From positions 30,010-94,009 of IMG/VR virus record IMGVR_UViG_3300030376_007323: DNA of 64,000 nucleotides; one strand, written 5' to 3'. The stretch's first letter is position 1; every line of letters starts with the position of its first letter. The DNA is from a virus (taxonomy: Duplodnaviria; Caudoviricetes). The notes under the pieces were generated by a model, which was not told where the DNA came from, ran no database searches, and was given only the letters and a program-made list of their open reading frames with translations. The position numbers and the translations under genes are program-made. Below are positions 47,300 through 59,000 of this stretch, piece after piece.

Positions 47300-48040
47300 T
47301 TACTGTCCTTCCTCTTTTTCGTTAAAGCTTTTTTTAATGTCTGCTTCACTGTAGTTTTCTAGGTCGTCTTTTGTTAAAATATATTGTTTTTTACCTGTTT
47401 TATCAAACACATCTTCTTTATCGGTAAAAAAATCACTTAGTGTTTTATGGTAAGGCCCACTATCATGTTTCCTTAGTTCAATCTTTTCGTGTTGGGTCCT
47501 AGGTCTGTATTTTTCTAATTTATCTTCTAGGTTACTAATTTTTGCCACCATGTTGTCCATCGAACTTAGGTGAGTTTCTAAATCTGAAAGTTTGTTCATT
47601 AAATCGTCTAAACTCTGGGTGTTTTTTTCTAAGATGTCTTTTTGCCCTTCTAACTCATCACTAACTTCCTCTTGTTTGTCAACTAACGAAGTAACATCAA
47701 CTTCTGTTGTATCTGTTGTGGTGTCAGTCATAACATCTTCAGTATCTTCACTATCAATGTCTACATCTAAGTCATCACCTTCTATATCAGTATCCAACTC
47801 AGCTTCCAAGTCATCACTTTCACCTTCCGGGTCTAATGGTATCTCTTCTGCATCAGGTACTTCTTGTTCTGCCATTTCCACACCAACTCTTTTAGCTAAT
47901 CTCTCGACATGACTACCCATACCTAAACCACCACTACCAACCCCACCAATCATTTGTTCGTCCAAATTTTCAGTGTTGTGTTTGATTTGTTTAAATCTAG
48001 ATAGTTCTTCTAATAATTTTTTTTCTAACTCCTTAGCCAT
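47300..48040 (-). CDS. Acidic coiled-coil protein, possible head core/scaffold protein
   Basis: LLEELSRFKQI N-terminus; D/E-rich centre; heptad repeats. Confidence 0.5.
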   Translation of the reverse strand: MAKELEKKLLEELSRFKQIKHNTENLDEQMIGGVGSGGLGMGSHVERLAKRVGVEMAEQEVPDAEEIPLDPEGESDDLEAELDTDIEGDDLDVDIDSEDTEDVMTDTTTDTTEVDVTSLVDKQEEVSDELEGQKDILEKNTQSLDDLMNKLSDLETHLSSMDNMVAKISNLEDKLEKYRPRTQHEKIELRKHDSGPYHKTLSDFFTDKEDVFDKTGKKQYILTKDDLENYSEADIKKSFNEKEEGQ

Positions 48041-48272
48041 TTAATAATTGTTTTAATTGTCCTGAAGGTGACTCCACTTGTACTTTTCTATTTACTCTAA
48101 TACTATTTTCAACTCTTTCTATTAATCCGTCCCTACTTTTAATAGTATAACAAATTCCAGTATCTAAATCACATACTTGTTGTCCTTCTGAAGTTTGACC
48201 ATTGTCTACAATGTTATCCGTATTTTTACCTAAAAAATTACCTAATTTTTGTTTTAATTGCTCTGTAATCAT
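48033..48272 (-). CDS. Hypothetical small protein
   Basis: 79 aa; own upstream TATATTTATA motif; overlaps the next gene. Confidence 0.65.
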   Translation of the reverse strand: MITEQLKQKLGNFLGKNTDNIVDNGQTSEGQQVCDLDTGICYTIKSRDGLIERVENSIRVNRKVQVESPSGQLKQLLNG

Positions 48273-48351
48273 GATTTATTAGTTTATATATAAATATACG
48301 TTAAATCAATAATAGTCAATCTTTAATCTAGTTTAGACTATATATTGTTTC

Positions 48352-51300
48352 TTAATTGTTTATTTCCGTATTTATCGCTGGTATAAAAGCTGCGGGATTT
48401 AAATAGTGTTGTACCACTTTTCCATTTTTCATAACACCTCTAAGTAGTTCTATATGTAAATGTAATTCTTTAGATAACCCACTATTACCCATAATTCCTA
48501 TCTTTTTACCTTTAGGGCCACAATCAGATTTTTGTACTGGGTCATCAATACTATAATTAGTATTACGTAAAAAAGCATACCTTACAATGTAATAAGAGGT
48601 TTTATCTTCATCTGGATTATTAGTTATTATTAACTTGGTTTCTACCATATTACCATACTCACCACAACCATCAGAAGTCTGTAAATTATTACACCCATCC
48701 ACAACCTTAGTTACTTTGCCATGTAATATAGGGAAAATTGAGATTCCTTTCTTACTTATACTTCTTTCGTATGATGTTTCTTTAGGTAGTATGTCTATAC
48801 CTAAATGTGTTTTTTCTGGGTCATAGTCCATTAAATAAAAATCTACATCAACACCACTACCAATAATATTATGAAATGTCACACCATCTTCATTAATAAA
48901 AGGACTATCTATAGTAGAAACTAAATCCACATATTTGTTACTTGTTGATGTCTTTTTCATTTGGGCCGGTGTAGCACTTAGATTATCAGCGTATAGGTCT
49001 TGTGGTAATTGTTTTAGTCTAGTTTCTGCTGCTTTATATAAATTACTTTCTACCCTTTGTACCAGATTTTCTATGTTTGGTAATTCCGCTAATGGTTGTC
49101 TTACACCTTCAAATGTTGTTTCTATAGTGTTAGGTCTTATCGAATGGGAAACATTTACAATAAAGTAAGGTCCATTGAACATTGGTAGATAATTAAGTTG
49201 GAAGTACTGAGTTGGTTGTATTGATACATTCCCCATACAGGTTATTGTAGCTGTATAACTCCTACTTGCGTAAACGTTGAATAGTGAGAGTGAGGCCATT
49301 GATGTACCTGCCCCTCCCCCAGAATCCGCCATTTCTTGTAAAATTCTATAACTCTCTGAGGTGTTTTGGTATTGTGATTGGTCTAGGGTTACCGATTCAA
49401 AAATATTTTGATTTTTTAAACCGAAGTCTACATTAAAAGCAACTACTTTATTAGCTCTTTCTTTGTTTGGTATTTCACTGGCAATTAAAGGGTTATTAGT
49501 TTCACTTCGTATGTTTAGTGCGTCATCAAAAAATCCATTATTTTCTGTCTTACTGTCTAGTTGTTGTGAAGAGTTTCCAACATACTGACATAGGAACGCA
49601 GGTCCTGATTTAAGGGTGTCTACTTCTTTGAAAGTCCCAAAGAGTGCATTTCCTTGACGTTGTGTAACATCATTTTCAATATTAAAGAAATTAATATATG
49701 ACGGTAGAGCAATATAGTTAAAGAAATTGTCTTTAAGAATACCACTTATATACCCATCAATACTTTGTGTTAGGGTTTTGGAGTTACCGGTGTCAAATGG
49801 TGAATCTAATTTTAATATATTCCAAATATTAATTATAGCTTCATCTCCAATATCTCTATTAGCGGTATCAAAGAATAGAAACTTTTCAAATAATGTCATA
49901 TCATTTTCTATGGTTAGAGCAGCTATCCATCTGTCGTTCATTGTTTTAAAACTACGATATAGTTCTAATTTTAGTGGTTCTGCTTTAACCTTAGTTCTTT
50001 CATCGGTAATAGGTTCTTGTGTCTCACTATCTTGTTTTTTATTTTTTTGTATATTTTTTTGTACTTTTTTAACTAGTGTGTTAACATAGGTAACCTGGTT
50101 ACCTTCTAACATTTCTAGTTTCGAGACTAAAGTATCTATAAAGTCTGTAGCTGATGGTGGGGTAACCGCTTTAACACACTGTGCGGCATATAATCTAAGA
50201 ATCGGTGCGAACCCCCTAATATTTTCTCTGTTAAATTCTATACCTTCACCCTGGGGTCCTCTAGCCGTTTTAAAGAAGTTATAGATTGGGTTAAGGTCAT
50301 TTAGTGATGTTAACGTATTAAACTGAACACTATTAGTTTCATTATAGTATTGTCCCACTTCTAATAACATATCTTGTGCTTCTAAAGGTAATGGCACCAC
50401 AAAACTTGCTGGGGATATCGGCACAGGAGTAATACTATCAGCATAAGTCCCAAAATCATAACTATTAGCGATTGGTGAATCTGTGTTTTTATTTTGGTAA
50501 TATAGTGCCATTAGTAACTGGGTGGCGGTGCTCCCATTATTAATTTCATTTAGGTTAGTGGTACTAGTGTGTTCGTATCTAACTTCTTGTGATAAGAAAT
50601 TTTGTACTAATTTAAAGAATTTTAAAAATTGTGCATTTGCTAATTTATTAGGTGTTCTTAATGTTGCTGTATCAAAATTCGTTTCTTTTAACCAACTATC
50701 TTCAACAATACACAATTCTTTAATTATGTTTTTCATTGTACCACTATTAAATACAATTTCTGGTTCTAACCCAGAAAACTGTAAAAACATATCTTCAAAT
50801 AAGTCTAATTCTTTTTTATTAAAGACCCCTCTTAGTTCTTGTATTGTTGAGTAGGTACTGGTCTCACTTAAATTCCAAGCCTGTTGTTGGTCTTGTCCAG
50901 GTAACACTTCTTTCAAATATTCATGCGGTTGTGGAAGATAAGGAGCTTTATTTTCAAAATATCCGTAATTAGATATACGCCAAATAAATCTACACCCACC
51001 ATTATGAAGTGGGGTAACATTATTGAATACGTTAGTTGGATTGTATGTACTTGCGTCTGTTCTCCTTAATCCACCAGAAGATGGGTATAAAATATAATAC
51101 CTAGATGGTGGTGCATCATCTTCAAAAGTAACTCCTAAATTTGCTCCTATATTCGCAGAATTAGCATAGACATCATAAAATTTTACTTTAGTACTGTCGT
51201 CAGAAGTAAATGATAATATAATATTTTCTTCTATATCTAAAGGTACTGATGGTAATATATTATTTAATACTTGACCCCCACCAATATTGGTGTAGTTATT

Positions 51301-54300
51301 AGAATCTGTAGTAATATAATTAATAGCGTCTATAACTTTAGGGTATACACCAACTTGTATAAAATTGTCCACACCTACTGATTGTTGGGATTGATATAGA
51401 TATGGGTTCCCACCCATATTAAAGTTATATTGTGTAGTTAGAAGAAGTGTTACCTCATCATAAACATAGTTTGGTCCTCCTGCTCCCGCAATTGTAGTTA
51501 CATTACCCAAATCATTCCAAACACTAGTTAGTGGGTCTATGGAGGTCGTGATATTTGTTTTATACCTCCACCAAACAGAACCTATACGTAATAAGAGTGC
51601 AATAGGTACTTTATGTAAAGCTGGCATCTGATTAAATAATTGTGATATATAATCCCCAAAACTAGTATCACTAGTACTTAGTGCTTTTTCTCTAAATGTA
51701 GGTAGTGGTAATGAGTTTAGAAAAATATATGCTGAAGCAGCGTATGGACTTGTGTTGGTTGGTGTGTTTCTTTCATAATCAACTCCTTGTAATATAGAAT
51801 TTATAAAATATGGTGTGTTTAAAAGTGAAGTTAGTCTAAGATTTAATGTATCACTCACATAAATTAGACCTTGTGCAGAAGCGGTGTCTGCTGCTGGAAT
51901 AATAACTCCTTCAGTTACTACTGGTTTGTGTGCCGCGTCTTCATAAAATTCATTAACTAGAGTTTGGTTACTTAATTTATCTTTATCTACCATCCTATCC
52001 ATTAAAGCGTCAAAAGTATATTTCCTTGCGTCATCTTCGTTCGCATAGACAAATTGTGTGTAGTACTTAGTGTCTTCTTTTTCTGTTAATAACCCAGTAT
52101 ATTGTACGTCATATTCTAGATTTTTAGTTATACTATAATAATCCGTCACATTTACTATACCTGCATAATTAGATTGAGTCCAGTTTCCTAGTATATTAGG
52201 GATTAAATCAAAAAATGAGTCAGATTTAGTGTATGTTAATATTTTATAACTTTCTTCAAAGTCTCCTGCTTTAACGGTGTATGGTTGGGGTGTTAATATT
52301 ATGTTGGATGGTTTTCCCGTATCGGGGGTCACAACCCCGTAATTACTATAAATATTAAATCTGTCCGGGTCAGCCTCTCGTAATATATCTATTATAGCGT
52401 CGAATCCATTATCAGTGGTAACACCCGTGACACCAGTACCTAAATCTTTAAAAACATTTTTTGCTGATGTAGAACTTTTAATACTTTCATAAAGATTATT
52501 AGCGTCTAATTTAGCTATCTCATCTAAAGCGGGTTGTACATTAGTACTATTAATATTACTAGATGGTGGTGTATATCTAGTTTTAACACTACCCAAGTTT
52601 ATAAATTCTTGTGCTCTATCTAATATCTCAAACCATAAATCTGTATCATCTAAAGAAGAATATGGTGTGGTGGTTGGTGGCCAATCTTTAACATCTATAG
52701 GTGTCATATTTTTAGTTATACCTCTATCACCTATCGGTGCTTGAAATTTGGTGTATTTGTAATTTGCTGTTTTAGCGTATTCTTCCACAAAATCTACCTC
52801 AGGCCAAACATTTTTATCTTTTGCTCCGGTTATTTCTTCAACTTCTTTTGCTCCCGGATAAGTAAGTTCGTATTTAGTTTCCCCATTTTCAGTTTGTTTA
52901 CTTATATAGTATTGAGGCCAAGGAAATACTTCACCTAGTGTTTTGGGTTGTTCTACTTTTATACCCGTATTAGGGCTTACGTCGTTAGATGATTTAGCTG
53001 CATTAATACGTTTTTCATTATTACTAACCGCCATAGCATCTATATGTACATTATTCATTAACCTTAAAAAGGTGTCTGCACCCCCTAGGATAATAGAAAA
53101 TACATTTCTAATAGTTGGTTTAAAACCTAATTTATCTTCTAACGCTGTGTTAAGAATGGCACTCATATCTTTTGCCATAGTTTCCGCGTTCAACTCAAAC
53201 CGTCTATCGGTTTCTCTCCACACAGGAGAAAATCTACCTGATTCATAAGACCCCTCAAAACAAAACCAAGGTGCAAATTCTTCTTTTAGTTTAACAGTTA
53301 GGGTTTTTGTTTTTACGGTACCCGCTATTTGGAGTGCACTGTAAAGATTATATCCTGATTTTAAAAACAAAGTTTTAACCGCATATTTACCTGGATTATC
53401 TTCCGGTAATTGAGCCTTTGGGTTAAAGGTTGAGTTTTTATTTAATAACTTTACATATTTGTTAACTATAATATCTAGTGCTGTTCTTGCCTTTTCTGCT
53501 AATTCTTTTGCGGCATTGGGGTTGGTCCCATCCTTTACTGCTTTATTAGCTGTTGTTACACCTTTCAACGGATATACTAGAGTATCCACGGTTTTACCTG
53601 AAGTAGAGTTTGGGTCGTCTATCTGTATTCTTATATTTTTCTTTTCTCCTTCGTCTAAGTAGGTATCTTGCCATCCATTTGTCCCAAAGATTGCGTTCTT
53701 AAACCCTTTTAGTGTTTCTTTATATTCTAACTTGTCGGTGGTGGAAGCCATATTTGCTTCACCAAAAACCAGAGACATGTCATCATCTATCTCTTTTATT
53801 ACATTTACTAATTCTAATATAGTATATGTGGGGAAATCTTGAGCTATTAACTTTTTTTTACGATAGATATCAAAAACTTCTTCTGTAGTTTGCCTACCTT
53901 TAGTTGATGTTACTTCTCCAGTGGTAGCATCAACTCGATTAGGATACATATATGGAGAAGTCATTGCCTGATGCATATTTATGTCCCTGAGTAAGGCTAC
54001 GTGATTACCTATAAACTGACAGGTAATTAGGTAATCACCCGTACTAGGGTCAAATCTTGACACAAAACTTTCCAACATTAATTGAAACTTTACTGCTTTA
54101 CCGTAATATCCTTTTAGTGTTAGAAAAAATAATGGGTATGGTAAGTGAAAAAATGCTGTGTACGGGGTGTTAGTTTTGGCTTGTTGGAATAGTGTCTGGC
54201 CTCTAACATCAGTAAAGTTTATGGTTACTGTTGGTCTGTATGAAGCGTTAATTTTAACATCTATCGAGGTGATACCAAACCCTTGGAAGTCCGTTTGGTT

Positions 54301-54669
54301 TTCAATCCTTCTACTTATATTACCAGTATTTTTATCTTCAGATACTACTTGTTGGTTGACTTCTGGGTCTGTGAATGCCTCAGTCCAATCTGAATCCATA
54401 GAAGATTTCCCTTCTGGTTTAAGAAAATTTAATGTACCTTTAAATATTTCTACATTAACCTCACTTTCATTTCCTTCCCCAACTATTACTTTACTACGTG
54501 GTGAAATTTTTGCCGTAAGATTAGCATACATAACTAAATCTTCTGGTTCTACTAAACGTTCTTTTGCTTTACCAGTAGCAGGGTCAACAATAAAATTAGG
54601 GTCTACAACCATAACATTATTACCCACTTGGTAAGATAGAATATCTCCTGAATTTAGTTTATTTGCCAT
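48352..54669 (-). CDS. Baseplate hub/tail-associated protein with C-terminal M23 peptidase
   Basis: FGITSIDVKIN..P.VTINFTDVRG; MGNVSIQP.QYF..GPYFIVNVSH (gp27/VgrG-like); HLGID..GNSG..HLHIE..NP. Confidence 0.75.
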   Translation of the reverse strand: MANKLNSGDILSYQVGNNVMVVDPNFIVDPATGKAKERLVEPEDLVMYANLTAKISPRSKVIVGEGNESEVNVEIFKGTLNFLKPEGKSSMDSDWTEAFTDPEVNQQVVSEDKNTGNISRRIENQTDFQGFGITSIDVKINASYRPTVTINFTDVRGQTLFQQAKTNTPYTAFFHLPYPLFFLTLKGYYGKAVKFQLMLESFVSRFDPSTGDYLITCQFIGNHVALLRDINMHQAMTSPYMYPNRVDATTGEVTSTKGRQTTEEVFDIYRKKKLIAQDFPTYTILELVNVIKEIDDDMSLVFGEANMASTTDKLEYKETLKGFKNAIFGTNGWQDTYLDEGEKKNIRIQIDDPNSTSGKTVDTLVYPLKGVTTANKAVKDGTNPNAAKELAEKARTALDIIVNKYVKLLNKNSTFNPKAQLPEDNPGKYAVKTLFLKSGYNLYSALQIAGTVKTKTLTVKLKEEFAPWFCFEGSYESGRFSPVWRETDRRFELNAETMAKDMSAILNTALEDKLGFKPTIRNVFSIILGGADTFLRLMNNVHIDAMAVSNNEKRINAAKSSNDVSPNTGIKVEQPKTLGEVFPWPQYYISKQTENGETKYELTYPGAKEVEEITGAKDKNVWPEVDFVEEYAKTANYKYTKFQAPIGDRGITKNMTPIDVKDWPPTTTPYSSLDDTDLWFEILDRAQEFINLGSVKTRYTPPSSNINSTNVQPALDEIAKLDANNLYESIKSSTSAKNVFKDLGTGVTGVTTDNGFDAIIDILREADPDRFNIYSNYGVVTPDTGKPSNIILTPQPYTVKAGDFEESYKILTYTKSDSFFDLIPNILGNWTQSNYAGIVNVTDYYSITKNLEYDVQYTGLLTEKEDTKYYTQFVYANEDDARKYTFDALMDRMVDKDKLSNQTLVNEFYEDAAHKPVVTEGVIIPAADTASAQGLIYVSDTLNLRLTSLLNTPYFINSILQGVDYERNTPTNTSPYAASAYIFLNSLPLPTFREKALSTSDTSFGDYISQLFNQMPALHKVPIALLLRIGSVWWRYKTNITTSIDPLTSVWNDLGNVTTIAGAGGPNYVYDEVTLLLTTQYNFNMGGNPYLYQSQQSVGVDNFIQVGVYPKVIDAINYITTDSNNYTNIGGGQVLNNILPSVPLDIEENIILSFTSDDSTKVKFYDVYANSANIGANLGVTFEDDAPPSRYYILYPSSGGLRRTDASTYNPTNVFNNVTPLHNGGCRFIWRISNYGYFENKAPYLPQPHEYLKEVLPGQDQQQAWNLSETSTYSTIQELRGVFNKKELDLFEDMFLQFSGLEPEIVFNSGTMKNIIKELCIVEDSWLKETNFDTATLRTPNKLANAQFLKFFKLVQNFLSQEVRYEHTSTTNLNEINNGSTATQLLMALYYQNKNTDSPIANSYDFGTYADSITPVPISPASFVVPLPLEAQDMLLEVGQYYNETNSVQFNTLTSLNDLNPIYNFFKTARGPQGEGIEFNRENIRGFAPILRLYAAQCVKAVTPPSATDFIDTLVSKLEMLEGNQVTYVNTLVKKVQKNIQKNKKQDSETQEPITDERTKVKAEPLKLELYRSFKTMNDRWIAALTIENDMTLFEKFLFFDTANRDIGDEAIINIWNILKLDSPFDTGNSKTLTQSIDGYISGILKDNFFNYIALPSYINFFNIENDVTQRQGNALFGTFKEVDTLKSGPAFLCQYVGNSSQQLDSKTENNGFFDDALNIRSETNNPLIASEIPNKERANKVVAFNVDFGLKNQNIFESVTLDQSQYQNTSESYRILQEMADSGGGAGTSMASLSLFNVYASRSYTATITCMGNVSIQPTQYFQLNYLPMFNGPYFIVNVSHSIRPNTIETTFEGVRQPLAELPNIENLVQRVESNLYKAAETRLKQLPQDLYADNLSATPAQMKKTSTSNKYVDLVSTIDSPFINEDGVTFHNIIGSGVDVDFYLMDYDPEKTHLGIDILPKETSYERSISKKGISIFPILHGKVTKVVDGCNNLQTSDGCGEYGNMVETKLIITNNPDEDKTSYYIVRYAFLRNTNYSIDDPVQKSDCGPKGKKIGIMGNSGLSKELHLHIELLRGVMKNGKVVQHYLNPAAFIPAINTEINN

Positions 54670-54976
54670 AATAGAGGAAGTGTGTATCTAATTTACTTTT
54701 ATATTCCTCTAATGATTGCATTAATGGAAATGGTACCACTATTAGTGTCCCATCCGGAATATTCCATTCTTGACCACCATAAGCTGGATTTGCTAACATA
54801 ATTAACCAACTATAATATGGTGAATCATAAAATTGTTGGGATAATTTGTCCAGTCTGGTTTTACCCACCTTATAAACTATTTTTCTATCACTAAGTTTAG
54901 GGGTTAGTTTAATTCCGGGAACCATTATATAGTCACCATTTACCACAAATTCGTTATATCTATTATAATATGTCAT
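54659..54976 (-). CDS. LysM-like baseplate protein (gp53/P2 gpX-like)
   Basis: TRLDKLSQQFYDSPYYSWLIMLANP...IPDGTLIVVP. Confidence 0.75.
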   Translation of the reverse strand: MTYYNRYNEFVVNGDYIMVPGIKLTPKLSDRKIVYKVGKTRLDKLSQQFYDSPYYSWLIMLANPAYGGQEWNIPDGTLIVVPFPLMQSLEEYKSKLDTHFLYYGK

Positions 54977-54981
54977 ATTAG

Positions 54982-56070
54982 TTAACTAATGTATAGTTGT
55001 TGCATTAACTTATAGTTAAATTTACCATCCTGAACTCCTGAATTTCTACTAATCAAACTATTTCTAACTAAAGTCTGTGCTGTATTTCCACTGTTTATCA
55101 CATAACCTATTTTATAATCAGTATAATAATTATTTAGATTATCCTCTAGAATACTATATCCCCTATTTAAACCCCTTTCTATTCTACCACCAAATAAGTT
55201 ACAATCATAATTTAACCATCCTTTTAACATAGTGTCAATTCTAGGTTGAAACATTAATATTGTACTATATTTCAAACCTTTTATACCTTCACTATCTCTT
55301 TTAAATAAATTATCGTATAAATCACTTTTTCTATTTGTGGTTAATATTTCTAATTCTCTGGTGTAGTTTTGAGTAAAAGTAAAGGTTTTACTCTTATTTG
55401 TACACATTCTATTACTAAAAAATATGTATTCATTACCACCCACATAACCTTTACTAAAATTATTATTAATGTAGTTAGTTACGAATGCATCCAGGTAACC
55501 ACCACTAGTATTATAACTTGTAGTAAGATTATTTAGGGCTGTAACCGCTGTCAGTTGTAAAGCAACTACCCTACCACCACCTGGATTTATATATTGACCG
55601 TCATAACTATCAACTGTTATAAGATTTAATTTATCTATGGTATCGGTTAAAGATTTTTGTTGTTCTCTACAACTATTCACAATATTCATCACACTAGACA
55701 TTGTTTTACCTAATTGGTCTTCTAGTGTACTATCTAATAAATTCTTAATGTATTCTCTTTCTTCTTTTATTGGGTTACATTCATTTAATTTACTTTGTAT
55801 GGTGGTGGTTTCAGCACTTATATTACTTTTTAAAGTAATGTAATAGGTATTTAATCTGTCTATTATATCTTTTGGTATCCCCACTAAATGTCTATTACCA
55901 CTACCTAATGTACCAAAAGAAAAATTTCTACTAACCATAAATTCTTCCACTAACCCCATACTATTTTGGTAGTATAGGTCTTCTATCCTAGTTTTGGTGT
56001 CTAGTGAATAACTTTTAGTTCTATCTACAAATAGATTTAATAAATTTTTATAATTTAATTCTGCTGGCAT
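54982..56070 (-). CDS. Hypothetical helical protein, tail module
   Basis: 362-aa ORF between the tube-initiator-like gene and the LysM gene. Confidence 0.55.
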   Translation of the reverse strand: MPAELNYKNLLNLFVDRTKSYSLDTKTRIEDLYYQNSMGLVEEFMVSRNFSFGTLGSGNRHLVGIPKDIIDRLNTYYITLKSNISAETTTIQSKLNECNPIKEEREYIKNLLDSTLEDQLGKTMSSVMNIVNSCREQQKSLTDTIDKLNLITVDSYDGQYINPGGGRVVALQLTAVTALNNLTTSYNTSGGYLDAFVTNYINNNFSKGYVGGNEYIFFSNRMCTNKSKTFTFTQNYTRELEILTTNRKSDLYDNLFKRDSEGIKGLKYSTILMFQPRIDTMLKGWLNYDCNLFGGRIERGLNRGYSILEDNLNNYYTDYKIGYVINSGNTAQTLVRNSLISRNSGVQDGKFNYKLMQQLYIS

Positions 56071-56080
56071 ATTTTATTTT

Positions 56081-59000
56081 TTAAGGTGTTGAGTTATTCC
56101 AAAAGTTCCAAAAACTACCACCTTCTTGTTCACCACTCACTTGGCCACCCTCTTCACCATCTTCTGAAGTACCACCTTCATTATTAGATGACTGATTTGC
56201 TTGTTGTGCCTCTAAACTGGTTATAATATCTTGTTCATTAGGTAATAGTGGTGTACCTTCTGTTTGGAATGCTTTATTATCATACATTTCCGTATTACCA
56301 AAAAAGTTAAATGATAATGCGTTTTGTAATCTAGATACTGGTTCTTTAAGTCCTTGACCTCCAATAAATTTAAAGTTCATTTGCACATTTGCTATCATTG
56401 GTTGTAATCCTATCCCTTCTGGATTCATATCCAAAACCAGTGGGTCATAACTAAAACTAACAGAATCGATAGCTATTTTAGTATGATAAAAATCACCAAT
56501 TCTTAAAACACATATAGGTGGTGCTCCAAAAGCGGTATTATCAGCATCTACAATTTTTTTACCATCACTGGTAACTGTAGGTATTGTATTTCCTGGTCTT
56601 GTACATTGTAGTAAAAAAGTTAATCTACTATTAAGTCCTTCTGGTGTAGTCGAGTGGAAACTGGGGTGGAAATGTTGTAGTTCTCTTTTTAATGAGTTAT
56701 ATATAAACTCGTCTTCTTCTTGTAGGGTTTGGAAATAATTTTCTTCACCCAGTAATCTTGCTAGAATTTTAGTGGTATCCAAATTTCTACTAGGTTCTTC
56801 ACTACTTTGAGAGTTTTGTATGGCTTGTTGGTCCGATGTTATTGTAGTTTGAGGATTTTCGTCAAAAAACCCAAAATCCGAGTTATTATTACCTGGTAGG
56901 TCATTTGTTGCTGTCCCCCCACTAGAAGTAACATCTATATCGTTTAAATTAAAAGTTCCTGTACTTCCTTCACCACCAAACGAAGCCGTACCACCTTCTG
57001 GGGGTACACCGGTCATGGGTGGTGTTGGTGTGGTTTCTTCAGATAATGTACCTTCTGGATTTGCGTTAAATTGTTCTGTTACTTCATTTTGTGCTGTAAT
57101 TAAGTCATCTAGTGAAACATTAGGAAATTTAGAAGCTAATTCGTAAATGTCATATTCCTTACAGCCCGCAAAAAATGCGTGTAAAGTTTCATCCGCTTTC
57201 CAATCTGTAACATTTTTTAACGTGTTTTGTGCGATTTCATTTAATATGGAAGAATGGTCTACAACCATTTTCCAACCTAGAGTACCAATCCTTTCTGTGT
57301 AATTGTACGTATACACTGGTTCAGGTCTACCTAAAAAATTAACAGAATTCCACTGAGCTGAATTAGTATCACCAAAAGTTAAATCATATGGTGGAAACCA
57401 CATAATCCTCCCACCATTAGGTCCTCTTTCAGATAAGGGTAGTTTTTGTAATTCTGACGTTCCTCTCCACGCTAAGTTTTCTAAAGAAAACATATATTTT
57501 TTTACATTTTTTTGTTTTACATTAGTATCTACATTTTCCCCCATTACTGGTGCAATATTAAGATTAAATGTGTTAGTTAAAACTGAATTCGTTTTTCCTA
57601 GGTGATTACCCTTATGTCTCACCATATTCTTAAACTTATAGTAGGGGTTGTCTTTCGTCCAACTCCTACAGTAACCATCCACGGTTGTCCCACCTAGAAA
57701 TCCTTCACCAACACGTCTTACCCCGGAACCTTTTGGTATTTCTTTATACCCGTCATTAAATACTTTTGATGTCTGGTCTATGGCGTGTCCCGCGTGTTTT
57801 CGTCTAGCTCCACCCATTAATGGTGCAGAGTCTATTAATTTTTGTGTTTGAGCTAGTATTCCCCCTTTTCTTTTCGGTTTTCGGTGTGACCTACTTAATA
57901 ACAGTCCTGGTGGTGCATTTAATGATGCTACAGATGTGGAACCGAACCATGTCCAACCACCATCTAACGTACCACCATCCGTATATGCTTCTCCTGCTAA
58001 ACCAAATTTATAAAACTGCCATAAAGGACTACCATCTACTGTTTCCAATTCTTTTGCTACGGTAGATGGTCCATAAACTAAAGCTGCTACATTTCTACCA
58101 AATTCATCCTGTGGTACCGCTCCCATTGGACTTTGTATTCTACTGGGTTCGGAATTTTTTGACCCAACATAGTAATAAGCCCTAACAGCTTCTACCTCAT
58201 TTGCTAAACGAACTCTAGTATAATCTGGACGAAATATGTTATACTGAAGGTTGTTGAATAATGCTGACTGTTGTTCCTTACCCATATATTCGATAAAAGC
58301 GTCACTTGGGTTTGGGTAAGCCATTGGACTTTTCGGTATCGCGTCACCACCTGTTAGAGAACTTACTAGAGCACTTGCGGTAGCTTGGAAACTGTCGAAC
58401 GGGTCAGTTTCACTACCTTTTAATATTCCGTTCTCCGCTAACTCGTTTATGTTTGGTACGAACGTCGAGTCGAAGTAATCACCTGGAATGGTAGAGTAAC
58501 CAAAATATAAATTAGTGATTCTGGACATAAAGTCTGTACCTTCTAATTCTTTTTTTCCTGGACTACTACTAATATCATATTCCCACCCACCTTGTGGACC
58601 ATCACTTTTTTGAGTTAGGTATTGTGCCTGTAGATGTGCTAAATTTCTCCTCAAATACCCACTAGATGTTCTCATTAATTCACTATCATCTAATATATTA
58701 GAATTCATAGTGTTTATCATGTTATCCGTAATATTAACTGTTTCTAATATTTCAGCTGGTGTATATTGAGATGACACAAATGCTTGAGGTTGTAGTGTAC
58801 TTGGTGATATATAATCTGTTTGTTTTCTGGGTAAAACTTTTTTAACGTCTACCAACAAAACGTCTTTATATCCACCTTGTGGACCATAACTATTATCTAA
58901 AAAAAGATTTGTTTGGGGGCCTTCACCTATTTCACTTACGGTTTTTTGGTCTATTATATGATAGTCAGATTGTGTTTCATAACTGAATTCACCAGGCATT

